Of a DNA stretch of 64,000 nt, positions 56,291 through 64,000 are shown in pieces. Position 1 is the stretch's first letter, and each line of letters starts with the position of its first letter. This DNA is from Acidobacteriota bacterium (lineage in GTDB: Bacteria > Acidobacteriota > UBA6911 > RPQK01 > CBDEGM01). The stretch spans positions 519,913 to 583,912 of the forward strand of contig CBDEGM010000003.1 in NCBI GenBank assembly GCA_965237715.1. The letters are read 5' to 3'. Made by a program: the position numbers and the translations under genes. The notes under the pieces are model-generated. The model was given only the letters and a program-made list of their open reading frames with translations, was not told the origin of the DNA and searched no databases.

Positions 56291-58318
56291 ATGGCAAAGA
56301 TGGCAAAACCCAGGCTCAGCAAGAAGGCACTACTGGACTTGTACCGTGTGATGCAGCTGATTCGCCAGTGCGAGGAGCAGCTGGCCCGAGCCCATCAACG
56401 CGGTCTGGTTCTTGGAGCGTGTCATACCTATGTAGGTGAAGAAGCGATCGCTTCCGGCGTCTGTGCCCATCTGCGCAGCAACGATGCCGTGTTCAGCACC
56501 CATCGCGGACACGGCCACGCCCTGGCGAAGGGACTTTCTCCTCGTGAACTGATTGCGGAGTTGTTTGGTCGCGAGACGGGCTGCTCGCAGGGTCGCGGCG
56601 GCAGCATGCATCTCTTCGCTCCCGAGGTGGGTTTGATGGGAACCAGCGGCGTTGTGGGGCCCTCTATCCTGCAGGCGGCTGGAGCAGGCTACAGTTTTAA
56701 GTTGCTCAAAACCGATCAGGTTGCGGTCGCCTTCTTCGGCGACGGTGCCGTGAACAACGGGGCCTTCCATGAGGGCTTGAACATGGCGAGCATCTGGAAA
56801 CTACCGGTGCTCTTTGTTTGCGAGAACAATCAATTCGCTACGGAGGTGCCGTTCTCCTATGCCAGCGCCAATCCCCGCATCGGGGACCGGGGCAAGATGT
56901 ACCAATTGCCGGGCTTTGAAGTGGACGGCAATGATGTTCTTGCCGTGCACAAGATCGCTGCACAGGCTGTGCGCCGGGCCCGCAAAGGAGAGGGCGCGAC
57001 CTTGATCGAATGTAAGACCTACCGCACCCGCGCCCATGCGGAAGGGCACCCGGATTACACCTATCGCAGTCGGGAAGACGTGCAGGAATGGAGGACTCGC
57101 TGCCCGATCCTGCGCCTGAAGCAACTGCTGCTGCAGGGGAGCGCGGAGGAGTCGGAGCTGGCAAAGATTGAAGAGCAAGTTCGCGAGGTGGTTCGCGAGG
57201 CTCAAGCATTTGCTCAGAAGAGCTCCTGGCCGGATCCGGCCACGGCAACGACTCACGTTTTCTACGAGGGACCCGCCGCTTCCTCAGGCAGCGGGAAGAA
57301 TCCCGTGGTGAACCAGCCAGCCCATCAGGATCCGAAGAAGACGCGGGAAATCACTTTCATGCAAGCCACGCTGGAAGCGCTTTCCGAGGAAATGGCAAAG
57401 AATCCCAAAATCTTTGTCATGGGAGAGGGTGTGGGCAAACGGGGCGGCAATTTTGCCACCACCACGGGTCTGTATGATCTCTACGGTCCGGAACGCCTCT
57501 GCGATACGCCGATTTGCGAACGCGGTTTCGTGGGGTTGGGGGGGGGAGCTGCCATGACCGGCACCCGGCCGGTGATCGATTTCATCTTTGCGGACTTCAT
57601 GCTGGACACCGTGGGCGAGCTGATCAACCAGATCGCCAAGATGCAGTATATGAGCAGCGGCAGGCTCAAGATGCCGGTTCTTCTCCGTGGCTGTATCGGC
57701 ATTGGCCATTCGGCATCGACCCACCACTCGGGAAACTACTATCCCATGTACTCGCATTTCCCGGGATTCCGCGTGGTCGTCCCTGCAACTCCCTATGACG
57801 CCAAGGGTCTGTTCAAACGAGCACTGAACTGCAATGACCCGGTGCTGTTTTTGGAACACCGGGAATTGCTTGCCTTGAAAGGACACGTACCCAAACAAGA
57901 ATACGAAATCGAATTCGGCAAGGCTTGCGTCGTGCGTGCAGGGAACGACGTCACGGTGGTGGCGATTGCCCGAATGCTGCATGAGTCCCTGGAGGCCTGC
58001 AGGGCGTTGGAGGAAGAAGGGATTTCAGTGGAATTGATCGATCCGCGTACTGTTGCGCCGCTGGATGTGGAAACCATCCGACAGTCGGTGCACAAGACCG
58101 GCCGTCTGCTCATCGTGGACGAAACCTTTGCAAGCTGCGGCATCGGAGCGGAGATCGCGGCCCGAATCGCGGATGAGGGCTTCGATGACTTGGATGCGCC
58201 GATTCGTCGGGTCAACGGCGCATTCGCCCCGACTCCCTACAGTCCCACATTGGAAAAGGCGATCCTTCCCCAAAAAGAGCAGATCGTGGAAGCCATCCGC
58301 AATTTGGCAGCTGAGTAA
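56291..58318 (+). CDS. fused E1 alpha-beta subunit of a TPP-dependent 2-oxoacid (pyruvate/acetoin) dehydrogenase complex
   Basis: The N-terminal half is E1-alpha-like with the TPP motif GDGAVNNGAFHEGLNMA. The C-terminal half is E1-beta-like (transketolase pyrimidine-binding and C-terminal domains). Confidence 0.8.
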   Translation: MAKMAKPRLSKKALLDLYRVMQLIRQCEEQLARAHQRGLVLGACHTYVGEEAIASGVCAHLRSNDAVFSTHRGHGHALAKGLSPRELIAELFGRETGCSQGRGGSMHLFAPEVGLMGTSGVVGPSILQAAGAGYSFKLLKTDQVAVAFFGDGAVNNGAFHEGLNMASIWKLPVLFVCENNQFATEVPFSYASANPRIGDRGKMYQLPGFEVDGNDVLAVHKIAAQAVRRARKGEGATLIECKTYRTRAHAEGHPDYTYRSREDVQEWRTRCPILRLKQLLLQGSAEESELAKIEEQVREVVREAQAFAQKSSWPDPATATTHVFYEGPAASSGSGKNPVVNQPAHQDPKKTREITFMQATLEALSEEMAKNPKIFVMGEGVGKRGGNFATTTGLYDLYGPERLCDTPICERGFVGLGGGAAMTGTRPVIDFIFADFMLDTVGELINQIAKMQYMSSGRLKMPVLLRGCIGIGHSASTHHSGNYYPMYSHFPGFRVVVPATPYDAKGLFKRALNCNDPVLFLEHRELLALKGHVPKQEYEIEFGKACVVRAGNDVTVVAIARMLHESLEACRALEEEGISVELIDPRTVAPLDVETIRQSVHKTGRLLIVDETFASCGIGAEIAARIADEGFDDLDAPIRRVNGAFAPTPYSPTLEKAILPQKEQIVEAIRNLAAE

Positions 58319-58329
58319 GGAATTGGGAA

Positions 58330-59586
58330 ATGGCAGTTGAGATCATTGTGCCTCGCCTGGGCTGGTCGATGGACGAAGGCGTCTTCAGCGAGTGGCTCAA
58401 AGAGGACGGCCAGGCTGTCCAGGAGGGGGACCTGTTGTTCGTGCTGGAAAGCGACAAGGCGGCCCAGGAAGTCGAATCGATGGACGCGGGTGTCTTGCGG
58501 ATCCCTCCCCACGCGCCCAAGCCTGGCGACACGGTGGTGGTGGGTCAGCTGTTGGGTTACCTGGTCGAAGAAGGAGAGGCCGTCCCCTCTCCACCCAAAG
58601 CAGCGATCTCTCCGATGGGTGACTCCAAGTCGGTGGAAGAAACTACCCATCTCGGAACCGAGACCCGGGAGAAAGACGCCGCGCCAGCCGCCCGAGAAGG
58701 AGACGAGAAATCGACGAGAAAGCAGGGCTCTATTGCCATCAGCCCCCGTGCGCGACATCTCGCTCGGGAATTGGGCGTGGATTGGTCCACCCTCCGGGGA
58801 AGCGGTCGCGACGGTCGGATTCGGGAACGTGACATCCGCACCTTTGCGCTGGCGCAAGGTTCCACTCGATCCGCTCCCGCCCAGCATCTGGCAGACGCCG
58901 GACAGATCGTGCCCGTGACGCCGATTCGACGGACCATTGCCGAGCGGATGCTCGCCGCTGTGCGGGACACCGCTCCCGTCACATTGACCGTCAAAGGGGA
59001 CGCTTCCAACCTGGTGAACCTGCGTCGCCAGTTCACTTCCTCTTCCTCTCCAGATGATGTCGTCCCCAGCTATACGGATCTGATCGTCAAACTGGCTGCC
59101 GTTGCCCTGGAAAAACACCCGATGCTCAACGCGCAGTGGAGAAAGGACGGAATCTTCATTCCCGAGCAGATTCATATTGCCATCGCCGTCGAAACGGAAG
59201 ATGGGTTGTTGGCGCCCGTGCTCCGCGACGTCGGCAGACTGAGCCTGCGGGAAGTGGCCACCCAATCCAGCGCGCTCATCAGCAGGGCTCGGAGTCGAAA
59301 GTTGGCTGCTCAGGAAATGCAGGGAGCCACTTTTACGATTTCCAACCTGGGGAACTACGGTGTGGATACGTTCACGCCCATCATCAGCGTATCCCAGTGC
59401 TCCGTGCTGGGCCTGGGAAGAATCCTTCCCGAAGCTGTGGTTGTGGATGCCGAAATTGTCGTCCGGGAGATGCTTTCTCTGAGTCTGACATTTGACCACC
59501 GTGTCGTTGACGGCGTACCGGCCGCTCGATTCCTTGACACGGTTCGCAGCTGTGTGGAGCAGCCCAGCCCCTGGCTGATGCCCTGA
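58330..59586 (+). CDS. dihydrolipoamide acyltransferase (E2) component
   Basis: N-terminal lipoyl domain LESDKAAQEVES. Subunit-binding domain. C-terminal catalytic DHRVVDG. Confidence 0.85.
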   Translation: MAVEIIVPRLGWSMDEGVFSEWLKEDGQAVQEGDLLFVLESDKAAQEVESMDAGVLRIPPHAPKPGDTVVVGQLLGYLVEEGEAVPSPPKAAISPMGDSKSVEETTHLGTETREKDAAPAAREGDEKSTRKQGSIAISPRARHLARELGVDWSTLRGSGRDGRIRERDIRTFALAQGSTRSAPAQHLADAGQIVPVTPIRRTIAERMLAAVRDTAPVTLTVKGDASNLVNLRRQFTSSSSPDDVVPSYTDLIVKLAAVALEKHPMLNAQWRKDGIFIPEQIHIAIAVETEDGLLAPVLRDVGRLSLREVATQSSALISRARSRKLAAQEMQGATFTISNLGNYGVDTFTPIISVSQCSVLGLGRILPEAVVVDAEIVVREMLSLSLTFDHRVVDGVPAARFLDTVRSCVEQPSPWLMP

Positions 59587-59612
59587 TCCACCCGCCCCAA
59601 CGGAGAACGAAC

Positions 59613-59701
59613 GTGGGAGGAGCCTCAGTGTGGGAGGAGCCTCAGGCTCCGAAAAAAGGTTACGGGTTTCACTGCCGTTCGGCACCTGAGGTGCCTCCCA
59701 C
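59613..59701. repeat. repeat family C copy 2: 2x direct GTGGGAGGAGCCTCAG + inverted partner TTCGGCACCTGAGGTGCCTCCCAC (long hairpin)
   Basis: gtgggaggagcctcag t gtgggaggagcctcag, then about 32 nt, then ttcggcacctgaggtgcctcccac. Confidence 0.6.
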
Positions 59702-59754
59702 ATTCCCGGAGCGCCGGGAGGCGGTCCCGGCCTACACAGCTCCCCGAGCCGCGC

Positions 59755-60543
59755 TCACCAGTCTCTGGCAAATCCGGCCGTCCAGCCGCCGTCGACCACC
59801 AGGACGGTGCCGGTAATGTAGGAAGCGGCGGGCGACGCCAGAAACAAGACGGCATTTGCGATCTCTTCCGGCTCCCCGACCCTGCCCAGGGGTACATGGC
59901 TGAGTAAGCTTTCCGCCAGATCTTGTTTGTCAGGATTGTAGAAGAGCTTCCGAACCCCTTCAGTCAGAGTGGAGCCCGGCGCCACGGCGTTGGCCCGGAT
60001 CCCATGGGGCCCCAGCTCCAACGCGATGGATCGAGTGAAATTGATGACGGCCGCCTTGGCAGAAGCGTAAGACAACTGCTTTCTTATGGGGACGATACCC
60101 ATGGTTGAGGCTATGGTAATGATGGTACCCTGCTTGCGCTTTACCATCCCCGGTGTAACGGCTCGACAGCAATAAAACAATCCGTGCAGATCGATGTCGA
60201 TCACACGGTGCCACTCTACCTCACTGAATTCATGGACGGGTCGGCGCTCTTCGGCCGGCGTATTGACTCCCGCATTGCCCACCAGAATGTCAATAGCACC
60301 GCACTCTCGCTCCGCCTCCGAAATGAGATGATCCACTTCCTCACGCTTGCTCACATCGGCATGGATGAGCACGGCCTGCCGACCCAGCTTCGTGACCTCG
60401 TCCCTGGTTTCTTCCCCCCGGCCCTCCAGGTCATTGACAATAATGGAGGCACCGTTCTGCGCCATAGCCAGAGCAATGGCACGGCCAATGCCCTCGGCTG
60501 ATCCTGTGACCAGGGCCACTTTCCCTTCCAGATCCACTTTCAT
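59755..60543 (-). CDS. SDR-family oxidoreductase (3-oxoacyl-ACP reductase-like)
   Basis: [24 protein letters not shown] (TGxxxGIG). YSASKAAV catalytic motif. ATG at 60543 (reverse complement) confirmed. Confidence 0.8.
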   Translation of the reverse strand: MKVDLEGKVALVTGSAEGIGRAIALAMAQNGASIIVNDLEGRGEETRDEVTKLGRQAVLIHADVSKREEVDHLISEAERECGAIDILVGNAGVNTPAEERRPVHEFSEVEWHRVIDIDLHGLFYCCRAVTPGMVKRKQGTIITIASTMGIVPIRKQLSYASAKAAVINFTRSIALELGPHGIRANAVAPGSTLTEGVRKLFYNPDKQDLAESLLSHVPLGRVGEPEEIANAVLFLASPAASYITGTVLVVDGGWTAGFARDW

Positions 60544-60548
60544 GGCTC

Positions 60549-62087
60549 TCACCTTAGATTTCTGGTTTCGGTGCCTGTCCTTGGAGGCTGATACAGGAAG
60601 CGCAGCTGGAAAGCCAGAAACATCGCAGCGAAGAGCACAGCCGGAAAAATCACGGCATGCCAGACGGTGTGATCCCAAAGTGCCGTCAGTCCCATGTATC
60701 CAAAGATCACGCCCCCAATGACGTTCAGGGCCACCAGCCAGCCGGGCATGCGGAGGGGAGCCGGAAGAAAACGCCAGTCCACCCAGACATTGGCCAGACA
60801 GTAGAAACCACACAGCAGCACTCCGGTATAGAGACCGGCAGGAGTAATGATGTCAATCAGCGTGACCCCTGGAAAGGGGCGACTCAACCACAGAATCGAC
60901 AATCCTCCCCCCAGCGTCCAGAAGATCACGGCCCACCGGATTTTGCCTGCAGGCAGGCGGTCACGCCAGCGAGGCAGTGTCAGTAAGAACTCGTTATAGA
61001 TGCGGTAGCCCATTTCAGGTCCGGCATACAGACTGCCGAAAAAGGCGAGAAAAACCGCGAGCTGGTACAGGGGCAGCAGCGCCGGACTCAAGGTGGTCAG
61101 GAACTGCGCCTGGTGGTTCAAAAGGTCCACACCGTCGGGGACCAGTTTTTGGGGCTGCAGGATCATGGCCCCCAGGATGGCAAAGGCGGCAGCGATCAAG
61201 ACAATCATCGCAAAGCTCAAGACCGTGTCGATCACTCCTGCCCGAACCCAGACTCGAACGGGATGTTTCTTGCTCTCCGCGATTCGCGCCACTTCCTCTG
61301 CGCTTGCAATACCCATGTCGGCCCGCCCCCACCTCTTGTCCCGCAAAAACGAGGCATAGCAGAAGTAGTCGTAGCTCTGACCTCCGATGGCAGCAGCGTA
61401 TACGGTATACTCAACCCATTCCGAGCGGTCTCGGAAACTCGGGTACAGCTGGGGCACCCAATCGGGATAAACCAGCACCTGCGGCAAGAAGAGCCCCTTG
61501 AGTACTCCCCACCAGTCCGGGCCAACGTAGACCAGCGCGACAAAAACGGCCACCAGCATCGACCCCAGAATCACCAGTTGTGTCTTTTCCAAAAAGTTAT
61601 ACCCCCCCATGGCGAGGAGAACCAGTGAGACCGCGACCCACACGGTGGCCCAGATGTGCAGGTCGCCAACTCCAAAAATCCAGGTGCTGACCGAACCCAG
61701 AATTCCCTGCATAAAGGAGTTCCAAACCGGTGAGCAGAGTAGAGCAACGATGATGATAAACAGCGGCAGCCAGCCGCGCGGCCCGGGCAGGGAGCTCCAA
61801 CGCTCATAAGGGTGGGCTCCCGTGAGCATCATGTGCCTCATGCTGGAGTACGCCATGGCCCACTTCAGGACGGAGAAGAGAAGGAAGATCCAGAGGAGAT
61901 CGTAGCCGAATATGGCTCCACTGCGAGAGGGGAAGAGTACCTCTCCACTTCCCACATTCAGTGAGGCGATGATGGCCCCGGGGCCAAAGAATCGCAGCCA
62001 CTGCATGGGATTGCGGGAGAGGAGGGGCCGAGGTGGAGCCAGCAGCCGGTCGTTCTCACTCACCTTCACGGCTTCCGATTCCTGCAA
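60549..62087 (-). CDS. NRAMP-family divalent metal cation transporter
   Basis: [18 protein letters not shown] resembles the Nramp GPG.. consensus. 11-12 TM helices. TTG start. Confidence 0.65.
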   Translation of the reverse strand: MQESEAVKVSENDRLLAPPRPLLSRNPMQWLRFFGPGAIIASLNVGSGEVLFPSRSGAIFGYDLLWIFLLFSVLKWAMAYSSMRHMMLTGAHPYERWSSLPGPRGWLPLFIIIVALLCSPVWNSFMQGILGSVSTWIFGVGDLHIWATVWVAVSLVLLAMGGYNFLEKTQLVILGSMLVAVFVALVYVGPDWWGVLKGLFLPQVLVYPDWVPQLYPSFRDRSEWVEYTVYAAAIGGQSYDYFCYASFLRDKRWGRADMGIASAEEVARIAESKKHPVRVWVRAGVIDTVLSFAMIVLIAAAFAILGAMILQPQKLVPDGVDLLNHQAQFLTTLSPALLPLYQLAVFLAFFGSLYAGPEMGYRIYNEFLLTLPRWRDRLPAGKIRWAVIFWTLGGGLSILWLSRPFPGVTLIDIITPAGLYTGVLLCGFYCLANVWVDWRFLPAPLRMPGWLVALNVIGGVIFGYMGLTALWDHTVWHAVIFPAVLFAAMFLAFQLRFLYQPPRTGTETRNLR

Positions 62088-62124
62088 TGAGACCTCCGCA
62101 ACAAATAAAACCCGTCAAAATCCG

Positions 62125-63411
62125 TCACGAACGTGCTGCACTAACCGTAGACCGGGGGCTCACAGAACTCACGTCGTTCCATCCCTGCCACGATTTTCGG
62201 AAAAACCGCAGGGCATTGCCACTCAAAATTGCTTCAGCATCCTGTTCCGAATAGCCTGCCTCTTGCAGCACGGAACCGAACCGGGATACATCGGCAATGG
62301 TGTCCACGTCGGTGGGAGTCAGTTCCGCACCGAACCCCCCGTCTATGTCGGTGCCGATCGCGATGTGTTCCAGTGATCCGCCAGCCAGATTGCCCAGGTG
62401 CTCGACGTGCGGGAGCAACGCTTCCATTGTGTATTTGGACACGTAGTCCCGCTTGGCCGGTTGCGTTTCCCAAACCACGTCGGGATCGAACATGAAATGG
62501 CAGAAAACGAGCCCCATGATGCCGCCGCGACGGAATAACTCCCGAATCATGTCGTCGTTCAAATGCCGCTGTCCTCGGATCAGGGAACGGCAGTTGCGAT
62601 GCGACGCCAAAATCGGCCCGTCCCAGATCTCAAACGACTCCCACACCGCCTGATCGGCCATATGAGTGATATCCAGGATCATCCCCTTCTCGCGCATGGC
62701 CTTGTAGAGCGCGGCAGCGGCAGCCTTGAGACCTCCTTCCGTTCCCGTACCTTGAATGTAGGTATTGTCCCCAAAGTGGGCCGGCCCAACCACCCTCAGG
62801 CCCGCGTCCCACCAGAATTCCACATCGTGGAGGTCGATAATGGGGTCGGCACTCTCCATGGAAAGAATGTGATAGATGGGGGTTTTTTCCCCAGGGTTTG
62901 TCCAGGCTTTCACAGCTTCTTCGAGATCGGCCACTCCCCCCACCGGCTTGATCTCCCCTCGCTCCACCATCATCTGGTAATAGGCCAGATGGCCTCGCCC
63001 CATGGCGATGGCCTGCTCCTGGGTCTGCATGCCATCGCGCATCACGTCGCCGCGTGCGTTGATTCGGCTCATGATGGTGCTCAGAATCACCCCTACCCTG
63101 CCCCGGCGAAGCTCAGGAAAGGTTGCGGTGCAAAGACCACAGCTGATGTCCGCGGCAACCTGGGGAGGCTCACTGGCCTCCTGTTCCCGCACCTGGTGGG
63201 GATCCAGCGTCAGGTTGCGGTTCCAGAAAATCGCGTCCCACGCCAAATCCAAATGCAAATCGACGACGAGTGGTTCTCCCACGAGTTCTCCTTGAACGCA
63301 AGCTTTGTAGCAGTTTGTCGGCAGGGAGTCAATTCGTTGCGAGCGTGGCCGTGCACCTACAGGATGATGAACCCGGGCGAAGCTTCGCTCCGGGAAAAAC
63401 AAGGCGTCCAT
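62125..63411 (-). CDS. membrane dipeptidase (peptidase M19 family)
   Basis: VVDLHLDLAWD (DxHxD-type), ILASHRNCRSL, and the GGIMGLVF segments of renal-dipeptidase-family amidohydrolases. Confidence 0.7.
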   Translation of the reverse strand: MDALFFPERSFARVHHPVGARPRSQRIDSLPTNCYKACVQGELVGEPLVVDLHLDLAWDAIFWNRNLTLDPHQVREQEASEPPQVAADISCGLCTATFPELRRGRVGVILSTIMSRINARGDVMRDGMQTQEQAIAMGRGHLAYYQMMVERGEIKPVGGVADLEEAVKAWTNPGEKTPIYHILSMESADPIIDLHDVEFWWDAGLRVVGPAHFGDNTYIQGTGTEGGLKAAAAALYKAMREKGMILDITHMADQAVWESFEIWDGPILASHRNCRSLIRGQRHLNDDMIRELFRRGGIMGLVFCHFMFDPDVVWETQPAKRDYVSKYTMEALLPHVEHLGNLAGGSLEHIAIGTDIDGGFGAELTPTDVDTIADVSRFGSVLQEAGYSEQDAEAILSGNALRFFRKSWQGWNDVSSVSPRSTVSAARS

Positions 63412-63492
63412 CGCTTTACTGACTGACGCCCATCGGGTATCATTGAAAAGCCTTCACATACCACTCACGACGTCAAGGAAGGTTGGGCAACC

Positions 63493-64000
63493 ATGCAATC
63501 CCGAGTGATATTGACCAGGCCGAGAAACTCTCGCTTGATGGGATGGATTCTTCTCTTCTCGGGAACCTTCCTGTGGGCACAGGACGAAAAGAAACCCGAC
63601 ACTCCTCCCAGAGAACCAGAGCTGATTTCCATGTTTCCTCTGGCGGGGAGATCCGGCTCGACGGTCCAGGCCACCATTCGGGGCCGAACCCTTGCCAGTG
63701 TCTATGCCGTCTGGTTCGACAGTGGTGATGTACAAGGACGGGTCATCGGGGTGGAACAGATCGACCTGGACCAGTCGGAGAAGAACGAGAAGAACCAGAA
63801 AGCAGGAGAAACGGCCAAGAAGAGCCGCATCGGCCATCGCGTCACCCTGCAGCTTCGTGTCAAGCCCGAGGCTCGGACCGGCGCTCAATCACTGCGACTG
63901 GTCTCGCCACAGGGAATCTCCAACGCTCTCCCTCTCTGGGTTCATTCCGGTCCCGTGGTCACGGAAACTTCCCGCCCCCATCAGACACCAAGAGATGCAC
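63493..64000 (+). CDS. hypothetical secreted protein, 3' partial (runs off window)
   Basis: MQSRVILTRPRNSRLMGWILLFSGTFLWAQ signal peptide. Open to the end of the window. Confidence 0.4.
   Translation, partial: MQSRVILTRPRNSRLMGWILLFSGTFLWAQDEKKPDTPPREPELISMFPLAGRSGSTVQATIRGRTLASVYAVWFDSGDVQGRVIGVEQIDLDQSEKNEKNQKAGETAKKSRIGHRVTLQLRVKPEARTGAQSLRLVSPQGISNALPLWVHSGPVVTETSRPHQTPRDA

Overview
High-GC bacterial chromosomal window. The gene content looks Acidobacteria- or Planctomycetes-like: PSCyt/DUF1553 plus DUF1501 pair, CRTAC1-like FG-GAP/ASPIC proteins, many TPR proteins. Core housekeeping genes are present: gltA, trkAH, rplU-rpmA-obg-nadD-rsfS-rlmH, dksA-family, nth, rpoD, thiD, and a fused E1/E2 2-oxoacid dehydrogenase. 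Three kinds of mobile or repetitive DNA sit between them. (1) A 3.08-kb IS1595-family element has 22-bp terminal inverted repeats and an 8-bp target duplication. It carries a low-GC cargo: a beta-class DNA methyltransferase fused to an HNH nuclease, interrupted at a C8 homopolymer. (2) An IS21-family element has a twice-frameshifted istA, an intact istB, and a translationally coupled third ORF. (3) There are several families of small intergenic repeats: a ScaI-ended MITE present twice, one copy lying in-frame inside a TPR gene's ORF; a 375-bp inverted-repeat composite; GACACGAGTGTC palindromes; hairpin repeats; and heptamer and hexamer tandem arrays. Two tandem B12-binding radical-SAM paralogs follow rpoD. 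At least seven genes carry frameshifts or in-frame stops (tenA, comF, a hypothetical, the MTase, istA twice, a heme-c/Cu-monooxygenase-like TPR protein, the PSCyt gene). At least two of these lie in homopolymers, so consensus indel error must be weighed against real gene decay. No rRNA, tRNA or CRISPR array was recognised.
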